A DNA stretch of 63,859 nt, counting the filler, from Basidiobolus ranarum (Eukaryota): the NCBI GenBank assembly GCA_040143965.1. It is 30 parts of 30 records of this genome, joined end to end, with 100 filler letters (N's around TTAATTAATTAA, not from the genome) between each part and the next. Parts side by side here need not be neighbours in the genome. Positions count along the whole stretch, not along the records: positions 10,697 to 12,734 come from JASJQH010003878.1; positions 12,835 to 14,871 come from JASJQH010003879.1; positions 14,972 to 17,008 come from JASJQH010003880.1; positions 17,109 to 19,144 come from JASJQH010003881.1; positions 19,245 to 21,279 come from JASJQH010003882.1; positions 21,380 to 23,414 come from JASJQH010003883.1; positions 23,515 to 25,548 come from JASJQH010003884.1; 23 more parts are not named here. The stretch is one strand, 5' to 3'. Numbering within the stretch: position 1 is the stretch's first letter; each line of letters begins with the position of its first letter. Made by a program: the position numbers and the translations under genes. The notes beneath the pieces are model-generated. The model was not told the origin of the DNA. It ran no database searches and was given only the letters and a program-made list of their open reading frames with translations. Shown in pieces: positions 10,697 through 23,900 of the stretch.

Positions 10697-12450
10697 TTTC
10701 TACAGACACAAAAATAGTCTCTGCTTGAAGTACTATACTTGGAAAAGCATAAGATGAGTTATTTGTCAATCCTACCATGAGTTCCACATCAGCTCACAAT
10801 AATATTTGAAAATCAAAGAACTTAGTAAGTGAGTGAATGATATATCTCAATTCCAATAAATTAATAGATGACAAAGCATTGATCAATAGCTAAGTGTTAT
10901 CAGTGTGAAATACTCCATTTTGTTCTACATTAGCAATGCTATCTAAGTAACAAACAGGGTTTCTTCAATCTCTCATGTACAATTGATAACTACAATTTTA
11001 CTGAATGCACACAATTATTGCATAATATTGATCACTTGTCACTGATAAAATACTATGGTTCAATGCTAATATAATGGTAACATCCTGATTACCTGTATCC
11101 ATGTAACCAGTCATTAATATCTGGATTGAATCTTGGCTATAACCAATAATATCAATTGATTTGTAACACATTGCTGGAAATCCAAGGAATTCTTGTTGAG
11201 AATCTTCTTCTCCAACAAGGGAACTTTTTGCTAAAATTGGGCTTGAAATCAAATCCTATTCTTCATCTAACCTGCAAAATCAAGTGTGTATTTGTGTCAT
11301 TACAAATCATAAGCAGCATTACTTGGTGACTTCTTGGTATATTTTTGGGCATTGGGTTTCCTGTATGTGTTATATAAACAGGTCATCATGTAAAGCTTGG
11401 AGAGGTTTGTGTTTTGATTGTAATAGAGAAGGTTACATTATTTTTGGCTCTATACACCTTATTTTTTGCTAGTAGTGTTTGTGGCTTTATATATTCCATT
11501 TTAAGAATTTCCAATACTCATTCTCATTTGTCAGTAATATTTAGCACTTTGTAGAATTTGTTTTGAGTGTTTCCCAAACTAATTACTTCTTAGCACCATT
11601 CCTGTTAACACAGGTTTGTGAACTCAGCACTTTGTAAACAGTAAGTATTGTTACAGCTTATAAGATCCCCCATTTAAGCTTTGGCTCTGAAGCCTTAGTC
11701 TTAGTAACCATGTAGCTTATATATATCATCTCTTGGTTCAACACCCTTTATTACTTATAGTAGGCTTATGTGTTGTTAAGTGTGGATATTGTAAAAGTAC
11801 TTGAGAGCCTGTCAGATGTTAAAGTACTTGGGTTAGGAGAATTAGAGAACTTGATAGTTTTCACATTGATTTATTGAGTGGAAAGTTGACATTTATGGTT
11901 TTGTCAAGATGTAAGCAAATTAATGTGTAGAATGTGTTCAGGAATGTCTCAGGAATTTGTGTGCAAAGTTTGGGGCTTCTAGCACAAGTTTGAAAAATCT
12001 CTATATCTGAGAACTTCTAAGTTCGTGTCAATATTCTAAGTAAATTCCAATTGAGAATAATGCATAATATCTTAGTACAATACAAGATAATCAAGTAATA
12101 AGCTATATATGACTATAAAGTTGTTTAAGCAAAGCTAATATTAATAGGTATGGTGTGCAAGTTCAAAAGGAAATCAAGAGAATGCACTATGCTGGATATG
12201 TGGTCTTCATACAAACAACTTAGTCAAACAGATATTATGGTAGATGAAGAAGAATTTATTAACATCTATATTTTATGAATCTCTACAATGAACTAAAACT
12301 TGGAAAGTTGATGCAAAAGATCAAGGTGACCAATTACACAAGTTAATATAGGTTGACTATATGTGGTTATTGATCAAAAAGTTATACAGGTCATGAGATA
12401 TAGAATACTTGTAGATATGATCCCAGTTCTGTGACATCAGTCTCTGCAGA
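10697..12450. repeat. Segment nearly identical to the reverse complement of 12835-14543; decayed retroelement-like DNA with an LTR-A at ~11790-12146
   Basis: End-to-end alignment; ORF pairs 10998/13988 and 11284/13768 are near-identical. Confidence 0.93.
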
Positions 12451-12834
12451 GAAACTGTTGCTCACTATTGACATCAACAAACTCATTTAACCAGACTAGG
12501 GAAAACAACTCAGTGTTGTGAGGAAAAAATTAATTAATATTTATTCAGGCAACCTTGCTTACATCCTTCTAGCCAAAAGAATCATTATTCAAGAATTTTT
12601 CAAGGGCACCACTGGTTGCATTGATCAATATATAATGACATGCAACTTTAATAACAGTAAGGAATTATGTGGTACCAATCCTTTTGCCAACACCATGCAG
12701 CTCCCTTCTGACAGACCTGTCTTCTGGAATATATNNNNNNNNNNNNNNNNNNNNNNNNNNNNNNNNNNNNNNNNNNNNTTAATTAATTAANNNNNNNNNN
12801 NNNNNNNNNNNNNNNNNNNNNNNNNNNNNNNNNN

Positions 12835-14543
12835 AGGGACTGATGTCTCAGAACTGGGATCATATCTAAAACTAGGATACATTGCTTTAATATTAACTTG
12901 TGTAATTGGTCACCTTGATCTTTTGCATCAACTTTCCAAGTTTTATTTCATTGTAGAGATTCATAAAATATAGATGTTCATAAATTCTTCTTCATCAACC
13001 ATGATATCTGTTTGACAAAGTTGTTTGTATGAAGCCCACATATCTAGCATAGTGCATTCTCTGGATTTCCTCTTGAACTTGCATACCATAACTATTAATA
13101 TTAGCTTTGCTTAAACAACTTTATAGTCATATATAGCTTATTACTTGGTTATCTTATATTTTACTAAGATATTATGCATTGTTCTCAATTGGAATTTACT
13201 TAGAATGTTGACACCAACTTGGAAGTTCTCAGATATAGAGAATTTTCAAACTTCTGCTGGAAGCCCCAAACCTTGCACACACATTCCTGAGACATTCCTG
13301 AACACATTCTACACATTAGTTTGCTTACATCTTGACAAAACTATAAATGTCAACTTTCCACTCAATAGATCAATATGTGAAAACTCTCAAGTTCTCTAAT
13401 TCTCCTAACCCAAGTACTTTAACATCTGACAGGCTCTAAAGTACTTTTAAAATAACCACACTTAACAACAGGTAAGTCTACTATAAATAATAAAGGGTGT
13501 TGAACCAAGAGATGATATGTTTAAGCTACATGGTTACTAAGACTAAGGCTTCAGAGCCAAAGCTTAAATGGGGGATCTTATAAGCTGAACATTACTTACT
13601 GTTTACAAAGTGCTGAGCTCACAAACCAGTGTTAACAGGAATGGTGCTGAGAAGTAATTAGTTTGGGAAACACTCAAAACAAATTCTACATAGTGCTAAA
13701 TAATACTGACAAATGACAATGAGTATTGGAAATTCTTGAAATAGAATATATAAAGCCCCAAACACTACTAGCAAATAATAAGGTGTATAGAGCCAAAAAT
13801 AATGTAACCTTCTCTATTACAATCAAACCTTAAACCTCTCCAAGCTTTACATGATGACCTGTTTATTGAACACATACAGGAAATACAATGCCCAAAAATA
13901 TACCAAGAAGTCACCAAGCAATGATGCTTATGATTTGTAATGACACAAATACACACTTGATTTTGCGGGTTAGATGAAGAATAGGATTTGATTTCAAGCC
14001 CAATTTCAGCAAAAAGTTCCCTTGTTGGAGAAGAAGATTCTCAACAAGAATTCCTTGGATATCCAGCAATGTGTTACAAATCAATTGTTATTATTAGTTA
14101 TAGCCAAGATTCCATCCAGATATTAATGACTGGTTACATGGATACAGGTAATAAGGATGTGACCATTATATTAGCATTGAACCATAGTATTTTATCAGTG
14201 ACAAGTGATCAATATTGTGCAATAAATGTGTGCATTCAGTAAAATTGTAGTTATCAATTGTACATGAGAGATTGAAGAAACCCTGTTTGTTACTTTGATA
14301 GCAATGCTAAAGTCAAACAAAATGGAGTATTTTACACTGATAACACTGAGCTATTGATCAATGCTTTGTTATCTATTAATTTATTGGAACTGAGATATAT
14401 CAATCACTCACTTACTAAGTTCTTTGATTTTTAAATAACATTGTGAGCTGATGTAGAACCCATGGTAGGACTGACAAATAACTCATCTTATGCTTTTCCA
14501 AGTATAGTACTTCAAGCAGAGACTATTTTTGTGTCTGTAGAAA
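12835..14543. repeat. Second copy (allele or paralog) of the 10697-12450 segment; LTR-A at ~13094-13450
   Basis: Reverse-complement match including the shared LTR insertion. Confidence 0.93.
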
Positions 14544-14971
14544 TGCATACCTTAATATAAATGGATGGTCAGTTGCTTAAAATTATCATATACATGAAGA
14601 TTTCTGCTATACCTATGTGAGAAATCTGGCTGTACATTAGGCTGCATTGTTATATACACTATGGATCATAGGTACAAGAAATGCTTGTGTTTTATTATTT
14701 ATTGAAGTATTTATTAAATGCCCTGTTGCTTTGTCTGCTTCATGTAATATATTGCATATGTTTTATATAAAATTTGTATGATAAGTGAGAGAAATGCTAT
14801 GATTTTCTAATTAAAGCATTTACTGAATGCCATTTTACCTTGTCTGACTGTTGTATTATATTGTGGCACTCNNNNNNNNNNNNNNNNNNNNNNNNNNNNN
14901 NNNNNNNNNNNNNNNTTAATTAATTAANNNNNNNNNNNNNNNNNNNNNNNNNNNNNNNNNNNNNNNNNNNN

Positions 14972-16584
14972 TTTTCAAGCATTTTACCAATTAATTCAAA
15001 AATTGATCCTCTCTTGAAAGGCTCATTCAAGTTAAATTTTCCGCTATATAGCTGAGTAAGAAGTATTGGAATGTTGTTGAATAGTAAGTGCATAGTGCCT
15101 AATGAGAAGCTCTGGCTCTAGCTGATCCCCTTTAGCAATATAATCTCAGGCTTGCAGCTAATACCAAGTTTGATGTTGGACTGACTATTAGGTGAATTGA
15201 TATCAGTGATCATGTTGAAATCTGACTGGGCTCTTGATGGTAAAATCATAGAGCTTAGTTTTGTATTAAGATAGTAGTAATGCATATGGCTAATAGAGTA
15301 GACTCCATTCATTTGGCAAAATCTACAGCTAGATAGTCCATTGTGCCCACAAAAACCTCCAAGCTTACTGATGGTGTGAGTGTCACCAATATGTACAATG
15401 ATATTAGCTTTAATAAAATATTCACCCATCTGAACCCCACTAAAAAGCTGCTCAAATTCCACAATCAAAGGCTCCAAGAAGCTATCTATAAGCATGGTGA
15501 TTGAGATCTAGATATGATGAATAGTATCAAAGTATTATGACTATTATACCATTCCAACGGAGGAAGATTTAAGTAAATGAAAATTATTGGCCAGCAAGCC
15601 TTTCCAACAGTATATTTGTCTAGCAAGAAACCATCCAGACCCAATGCAAATGCATGATCATACATGTTCATAGAAGCCTTGACTTCTCAGATTCTGGTAG
15701 TGATATGCATCAAGTGTATTGGTAATACCATCAGCTTTATGGTGAGTACTTTGGTATTGGATCAATGATCTTTGTTTGGGTGATTTTGTCAAAACTTTAA
15801 GATGGGGAATCAATGGTATGTAACTCAACTATGATCAATATTTACCTGATTCAGTGATTGCCAAGTGTGTGCAAACAGTACATGACTTCAGGTTTTGCAG
15901 ATCACTGGTGAAAGCCAAACAGCCATTTGGACATGAAGGTAGTTTAATTAGTGAAAGATTATAAGTCATACAATTGACAAGTGTTTTCCACTTCTACAAG
16001 GTCTGTAGCAAGCAATAGTAGGCAATTAACTGTGGTAAAAGTGTAAGAAAACCAATAAACACCTGATTGCTAAGATTTGATTGAACTCTCCACTCCTCAA
16101 TAGACAAAGCTGCTTCCTTTACTGTAAGTGTTATGAGTGGACTAATGCTTGCCAATAACAAAGAGTTTGTAACAAAACCATTGTCTTCTTCTTCAACTTC
16201 TGATATACTACCATTAGTACTGGAATAACCAAGGTCAACATCTAGCAGCATGTCCTCAAAGTTGTCTGGCCTTACTGGTCTGATCATAGTTGCATTTCAA
16301 TCTACATCATTCTGGTCATGCAACTGTGGTAAATCCACAATATCTTGACTTTTGGCAGTGTTACCAAAACTTTGAGGAAAAGTACAGTCAGTGGCCTCAG
16401 TAGGCAAAACTAAAGTTGATGTTGAGCACTTATTACTGTTGATACTCACCAGGCTTTCTGTAGCTGGTGGCTTTGTACAGTGACTATGCTTGTGATTATT
16501 TTTTATATGAAGCCGCCAGCTTCCATAGCACAAGAATTTGTGAAAATAATAGCAGGGCTTCTTTAAACATTTGTGATGTGTCAT
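14972..16584 (-). mobile_element. CMC/EnSpm transposase, N-terminal ~60%, decayed
   Basis: Cys/His-rich N-terminus (KPCYY.HKFLC...H....H) followed by Tnp2 motifs DG..CWPI..LNLPP and GHNG..CRFC. Confidence 0.85.
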
Positions 16585-16795
16585 GAAAAGAATATTGTGG
16601 AAAAAAGACCTCCACCTGTGTCAGGGTGGTATTCTAGGTATAGCCAATCATTATCATGAGCTGATTCTGAGATAGTGTCACAGATGAGTCATAAGGGGAT
16701 TGATAAGAGTTTTCCTTTAATGGATGGCAATTTTGTCTACTATAAGATGTTTCTAAGCAATTTCATTACACCAAGTTTACCATCTGAAAGTTTCA

Positions 16796-17008
16796 GTGCC
16801 ATTCAAAAAGCATTTGAAATTGAAATCAAAATCAGCTTCCAAACCAAAGCCTGCTGGCACAAAAGGAAAAAAACCTGCAAGTAAAGAGGACTTATATGAT
16901 GAGCAGTCTAGCAACCCACTAGCCACTAAACACTTTGGAAGCATTAATCAACTTACCAGATGCGGTCCTTTCCAGAAATACTGTAAGTGAAGAGATTGTA
17001 ATCCCCCA
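16796..17008 (+). mobile_element. CMC element divergent ORF2, start
   Basis: MPFKK..SKPKPAGTKGKK, as at 51763. Confidence 0.75.
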
Positions 17009-17108
17009 NNNNNNNNNNNNNNNNNNNNNNNNNNNNNNNNNNNNNNNNNNNNTTAATTAATTAANNNNNNNNNNNNNNNNNNNNNNNNNNNNNNNNNNNN
17101 NNNNNNNN

Positions 17109-19105
17109 TCAAGCTTGGTTACAGCTTTGGAAGCAAGATCAGACACGTTATGTTTGGAGTTTGTGGTGGCAAGACTAATGGATCGACACCTCAGAAGTAA
17201 CAATTTGGAAGTAGAATCTAAGGAAGTGGCTCTCTTTGGAGCAGGAAAATGTTGCTTTGGCAAGGACAAAGGTTATAGAAGAGGGAAACCAGATTTATGC
17301 TATGGTTGTAAAAAAACCAGGACACCAGTTAATGTAATGTATATCATGAAATTACAACACAAATGAGAAGTCAGAGCAAGCAAATCAGGTTTCAACCAAA
17401 AAGGAAGGTTAATTTGTTTTGCCCTATCAGTGACCTCTGAACAGGACTGTATGCTGTGGTATATTGAATTAGGAGTCTCTCAACATTTCTCCAATCAAAA
17501 AAACTGGTTTGAGACACTCAAAACTGACATAAATAAGAAGGTTTATATGGGAGATGACCGGCCACTATAAGCTCTGGGAGTGGGAGAAATTGAAGTGGAT
17601 CTTGGGGGCATCTTTGGGGACATATATTTGACACTGAATAATGTGCTATATGGGCCTCAGATAGCAAAAAATTTGTTATCAGTGAGTAAAGCTACATCTG
17701 AGAGATATAGCTATAATTTTGATCAAAGTGGCTATAAGACAGTGATCCAAAAGGGAATTATGTAGCCTCTGGCACTAAGCAAAATAACTTGTATAAACTT
17801 CATTATATTAGGCCAATGTATTAGCAAGTCAATGCTGCCACATCTGAAAAGATAGACTGGAAGCTCTGGCAAGGGAGAATGGGTCATCTGGGAGCTGAAA
17901 ATATGAGATATTTAATCACTAAGAATATGGATTTGGGACTAAATTTTGTAGTTCCACCACATCTGGTGCTATGTGAAGGTTGCCTCTATGATAGGTAGTA
18001 CAGACAGGCATTTGTGCCTCTGGAATGAGAAAAATTAATTACAAATTGGGCCTGATACACACAGATCTGTGTTGCCCAATGCAGACAAAATCCTTAGGTG
18101 GAAAATGGTATTTCATGACCTTTATTGATTATAAGACAAAGTATACTTGGGTGTACTTGCTGGCCAATAAGGATGAATCATTTGATACCTTCAAGAAATT
18201 GAAAGCAATGGGGGAGACTGATTCAGGTCTAAAGTTCAAGATTATCTGTACTCTTAATGAAGAGGAATATATCTCAAAACTCCTCTCAAAGTTCTGCTCA
18301 ACTTGTGGGATAAAGCAGTAGACTACAGTGCAATATTCCACACAGCAGAATGGAGTAGCAGAATATGCAAATAGATCAAAAATGAAAAAGGCAAAATCAA
18401 TACTTCATGATGAAAATTTATCAAAACAATTCTATGCCGTATAAGTTGCAGCTGCAGTATATATTAGGAATAGATTTTCTTCTAGGTCTCTATTGGCTAT
18501 GATATCATATTAAGCTTGGTTTGGAAGTAAATCTGATGTGGCTATTCTCAGAGTTTTTGGAAGTACTGCATATGCAATGATTCCAGAGCAGAAGAGATCA
18601 AAATTAGACCAAAAAAGCCAGAACTGTCTTTTTTTGGGATATTGTGATGGAACAAAAAAGGTACAGACTATATGACATTGAAAAAAAGAGAACAATCAAG
18701 TCAAGTGATGTGGAACTCTCCAAAGAAGAATATTTTCAGTCAAAACAATCCAAGATCAAAAAAAACAACCAAAGTTTGAAAAAAATTACTTCCTTCACTC
18801 ACCAGAACCTTAGCAGTGAGAAAAACATTGAAAATTCCTGACCTATAGTGTTCTCAATCAAGCCTGAGGTACTTTCCTTTCCTAAATTGGTACCAGAAGT
18901 TGCAGTGCCAGTTTCCCATCATAGGAGATCCAATTGGATGAGTTCTCTGCCTGATTACTACTCTCAAACTAGCCAAAAGGAGCATAGTGCTAATATAGCC
19001 TTCTCTAATGAACCTAAATCAGTACCGGAGGCTTTGGAGAGTCTCAACAGAAAGTTTTGGAGTGGAGCAATCGCAGCTGAGTAGCAGTCACTCATAGATA
19101 CCAAA
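17109..19105 (+). mobile_element. Ty1/copia gag-pol (zinc knuckle, protease, GAG-pre-integrase, integrase), decayed; LTR-C inserted at 19106
   Basis: CYGCKK, IHTDLC.PM..SLGG..YF.TFID, QQNGVAE, SKLD.KS motifs, with many stops. Confidence 0.93.
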
Positions 19106-19244
19106 TGTCACAATAAGGATCTGGACAAGGACGGGGAAATACGGNNNNNNNNNNNNNNNNNNNNNNNNNNNNNNNNNNNNNNNNNNNNTTAATTAATTAA
19201 NNNNNNNNNNNNNNNNNNNNNNNNNNNNNNNNNNNNNNNNNNNN

Positions 19245-21279
19245 TCCTAGCGAAATATAAGATAACTAAGCACTAAGCTATATATGCCTATATAGGTGTT
19301 TAGGCAATGCTAATTTCAACACTCTCCCTCAACTAAATAGTTATATGAACTAATCCTAACAAAGGTCCAAATTTCTCAAATTTCCATCTAGCTAATGGTT
19401 TGGCTATTATATCTGCAATCATGTCTTCTGTAGAACAATAAGTTAAGTCAATAAACTTAATCTCTATAGTCTCTCTAATGAAGTGATGCTTAATATCTAT
19501 ATGTTTGCTTCTATTGTGAAACATGGGATTTTTTGCTAATTTGATACAACTTTGATTATCTTGAAATATTGTCATTGGTGAATATTGAGAATAACCTAAA
19601 TATATCAAGAGTTTTCTTTACTATATTGCTTCTTTTATTGCTTCATAGGCAGCCATATATTCTGCTTGTATTGTTGAAAGTGCTATAGTGGGTTGTTTCT
19701 TTGAATTCCAAGTAATAGCTGCATTACAGTAAAGAAATAAGTATCTTGTTGTAGATCTCCTGTCTTTAGCATCTCTTCCTAAATTTGCATCTGAATATCA
19801 CATCAGATCAAAGTTTGGTCTACAATATTTGTATTTTTAGCACAGATGCATAGTACCTTTCAAATATCAGAAAATCCGCTTAACTGCTATAATTTGATCA
19901 GGTCCAAAATTTTGAAGATACTGGTACAATACTCCCACAGAATACTCAACATCTGGCCATGTTGCAACCATGATATAAATAATACTACCAACCATAGATT
20001 GATAAGGAAATTTCTGACTTTCATTTGCATCCAAGAACATCTGATTTGAGCCATTTTTGGTCAAGTTATGATTTTTCTCCATTGGTGCAGATACTAGATG
20101 ATATTCTTCCATTTTAAACTTCTTTAGTATATCTAGAATATACTTAGACTGGTTTAAAGTTACTATTTTGGTAGTTCTATCTATCTTAATTTGGATTCTA
20201 AAATAGTATGTCAGTGCACCAAGATCAGTCAATTTGAATTCAGCAGATAAGCTGGATTTGGTTTTCTCCAAAGTCTTCAAGTCATTGATTGCTATAATGA
20301 GGTCATGTACATATAAGGCTAGTAGAACTAGGTTTGTATTATCTGGCCTGAAGTAGAAACTATAGTCAGCACTACTCTTTTGGAATTTTAGTGTTTCCAA
20401 AAAAGCTTCTATCTTGCCACTCCAAGCTCTTCAAGATTGTTTCAGCCATAGAGTTTGTTCTGGAGTTTGCAAACTTTTTTAGGGTTTTCTGGGTCCACAA
20501 ATCCATCTGGCTGGTCCATATAGATCTCCTCAGCAAGCTCATCATTCAAAAAAGCTGCTTTAACATCCATTTGATGTATAATAACCTGATATTTATCTGA
20601 GATTGCTAAAATCAATCTAATTGAATTAAACTTTGCTACAGGAACAAAAGTTTCTGTGTAATCTATTCCTGGTTTTCAGAATAGCCTTTGGCTACCAGTC
20701 TAGCCTTGTACCTCTCTATTTTGCCATCAGAGTTGTATTTAACTTTAAACACCCATTGGCAGCCAATTGATTTTCAATCATCAGGTAAGTTGGTTAAAAT
20801 CCAAGTTTGATTATCAATCTAATCCTGGTACTCATCAGCCATTGCAGATCTCCAAAACTTTGTGTGAGGGCCATTCAGGGCTTCTTTTACAGTCTGGCGT
20901 TCATGCATTTGAGCTGTGCAGGCATAGGCCCAATTTTGGAACTCATTGATACAGTGATCAGAGCTATTTCTGATCTAATTTGATCTCCTGGTTTGGGATA
21001 GTGGTAATACAACTTCTGGCATTTAATTGGGCACTTCAGTAGGCAAAATTTTGGTTGAAGGGTCCACAGGAATGCTATTTTCTCCATTGTTTTGGTTTGA
21101 ATCAACTTGAATGATTGGATCAGGAGAAAATTGATTGTCATAGTCATCTGAGGTCATTTTGGGTGAACATTTTTCATTTTCATTGAACAAAACATCCCTG
21201 GACTTGATTAACTTGGAAATTTTGGTATCATAGAGTCTGTAGGCCTTAGTTTGAGTACAATAACCCAGAAATATGCATT
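19245..21279 (-). mobile_element. Ty1/copia integrase C-terminus, RT and RNase H, with PPT (19322-19331) and partial 3' LTR-A (19245-19321)
   Basis: YKARLVAK, ALYVHDLII, DNQSCIKL, RSKHIDIKHHFIR, ADI.AKPL; GAGGGAGAG directly precedes TGTTGAAATTAGC. Confidence 0.95.
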
Positions 21280-21379
21280 NNNNNNNNNNNNNNNNNNNNN
21301 NNNNNNNNNNNNNNNNNNNNNNNTTAATTAATTAANNNNNNNNNNNNNNNNNNNNNNNNNNNNNNNNNNNNNNNNNNNN

Positions 21380-21787
21380 CACTCCAGCTTTGAACAATTC
21401 TTCAAAGGTGTCTCTAGCATTGTTGTAGCGGGTACGATCGGCAAGATCACCTTTAGTCAGAAGGATCTGGGCAGTGGGCTGCTTGAACATGGAGAACAGA
21501 TCCTCATAAAGGCTCATTAACTTGCCCTGTCCCACTGCAGCTAAGGCTTGCTTTTTAGCTAACTCGAAAGGTTTGACATCTATGTTCAAAGCTCGCATGC
21601 CCACACCAACAGCTCCACTGGTAGTTAGGACAACACGGTGACCAAGAGCCTTCAATTTGACGATCGTTTCGACGATATGAGAAAGGTTGGCAAGGTGTGG
21701 AACGTGAGTGATTTCATCACAGATTGAAGAAGTTCCTAACTTGAGTACGATAGTTAACGGATTTTGAGTTTGCTTGTTTTCAATCAT
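21380..21787 (-). CDS. PRO1: Glutamate 5-kinase, N-terminal part (copy 1, runs off contig)
   Basis: TIVLKLGTSSI, SGAVGVG, KQALAAVGQ, AQILLT..DLADRTRY.NA. Confidence 0.95.
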
Positions 21788-22997
21788 AGCTCTATAAGAA
21801 TCTAAGTAGGTCTATGTAGTAAATAAAAATGAATGTTTTGATGGACTTTCTTTCCCATTCCAGTTTCTTTAAATAGTAAGTTGAGAGAACCATATCCTAG
21901 GATCCATCCAAACGATCCCTTATCACGTTGAAACGCAAACATGCGATCTTTCAGTAAATTTCATGACGTTGGGAGATCCACAAATCCATAGACACATCAA
22001 TTGTTTTACCTGGACATTCTCCTCTTACCCATGGGAATTCGTACAGATCCGATATGAGGTCATTGCAAATCAATCTGTGCATATTCTTACGTGACTTTCA
22101 CATTTCCGCTGGCATCCAACATATTGCATATCCATGGTAGGCCAGTTAAAAGGTAGAATTTTGCACTTTGAAATTCAGTCACACAAAAGTCGTAATAATA
22201 AACACTTATCATTCCATCATACTCGCGATATCAAGATCTCTCAACTCTAATTTAAGTTATGTAGGATCGCATGAAATTGAGCATAAGACAAACTTTATGT
22301 GACTCTCTGTTTTTATGAGTTGTTATGTAAATAAACCTATTCTGGAATGGATCGATCGGAGGGTCTTTGCTAAACTTACTTCCAATCTTAAGACTAGACA
22401 AGGTCGCTCACAAAAATAGATTTCCGAAGACATGGGGGATATTCGGAAATGAGAAAATCTAGATTAATCTATGGGGACACCAATAGAATGACAATCCGTA
22501 GTTCTAGAGTAGACTATTAGGCAACAGCCCACCTACACTTCATACATCTCCACCCTGTTATTCCAAAAGGAATGTCCATCGATCAAAATGGTACTGGGAA
22601 CTGCTGGACCATTTGCCCAAATTTTAGGAGGCCAGTAGAAATCGTCCAGATGGAAGGATTGTACTTTCCTTTTTCGGAAATATGACCTCTAATCAATGTC
22701 GAAGAAACGTGCTTCTTCAATAAGGTTCCTTACTACGCACAGGACATTGGGGCTGCTGCGATGATTAGAGATAATATTGACGTCAAAGATAGGCAGGCCA
22801 CATGGATAAACAAATATTGATTGGTATTGTTTGAGTAGTGATCCCAATGAGGGTACAGGTCAAGTATAAAAAGAATACAGCCATGTCTTGCATCCATATC
22901 ACACACAATATTTGACAGAATTGTCTCATAATCACCACTACAATTCAAGAACACGTTTATCTCCGTTTCTTCTCCCCCTTTCATCATTTAATACAAA

Positions 22998-23414
22998 ATG
23001 GTTATGAATATCGAAAACCAAAGTAGTAAAAAAGGTTTGACTATCGTACTCAAACTAGGTACCTCATCAATCTGCGATGAGATCACCCACATACCACACC
23101 TGGCCAATCTCTCTCACATCGTCGAAACGATCGTCAAACTGAAGGCTCTTGGTCACCGTGTCGTCTTGACCACCAGTGGAGCTGTTGGTGTGGGCATGCG
23201 AGCCTTGAATGTTGCTGTCAAACCTACCGAGTTAGCCAAGAAACAAGCCTTAGCCGCCGTAGGTCAGAGTAAATTGATGAGTCTCTACGAGGATCTGTTC
23301 TCTATGTTCAAGCAGCCCACTGCCCAGATCCTTCTGACTAAAGGTGATCTTGCCGATCGTACCCGCTACAACAATGCTAGAGACACCTTTGAAGAATTGT
23401 TCAAAGCTGGAGTG
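22998..23414 (+). CDS. PRO1: Glutamate 5-kinase, N-terminal part (copy 2, runs off contig)
   Basis: Same motifs; oriented divergently from copy 1. Confidence 0.95.
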
Positions 23415-23514
23415 NNNNNNNNNNNNNNNNNNNNNNNNNNNNNNNNNNNNNNNNNNNNTTAATTAATTAANNNNNNNNNNNNNNNNNNNNNNNNNNNNNN
23501 NNNNNNNNNNNNNN

Positions 23515-23900
23515 GGACATGATGCGGTAATTAGAGCTGAATATGAAGAACAATTAGTAAAGAATACAAGTTTTAGTATAAGAGAGAATATTCTTACCTA
23601 ACAGTAATTCTTGTTCTTTCAAATTATAGCTGAATCCTCTTAGATTTATACTTTCGTTGTGGTATTTGAAGCCGACATTTACTTTGGGATTCAATATAAT
23701 TATGGCGATCTTACCATATAGACTACAAAGTATGCTGGACTTACGTAGTCCCAAACTTCTTTGTACATAGTACGCCAACGGCGGCGTAGTGGAGTATAAC
23801 AATTTTTAATACTAAACCTATTTACATCAGTCAACTTATTGGTGGCTTAGAATGGAGCTAGTTAGTGTCTATCAGTATTCTATGTAGAACAAGAGATATC
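23515..23900 (-). promoter_or_regulatory. Promoter, 5'-UTR intron and ATG (23520) of an inverted duplicate gene
   Basis: Inverted homolog of ~25085-25462 with conserved CCAAT, TATAAA, GTAAG..CTAAT..CAG intron and ATGTCC. Confidence 0.75.

Noticed and set aside
22733-22987. 84-aa ORF between the PRO1 copies as a regulator
   Set aside because: No recognisable motif, and it overlaps the promoter of copy 2 in antisense.
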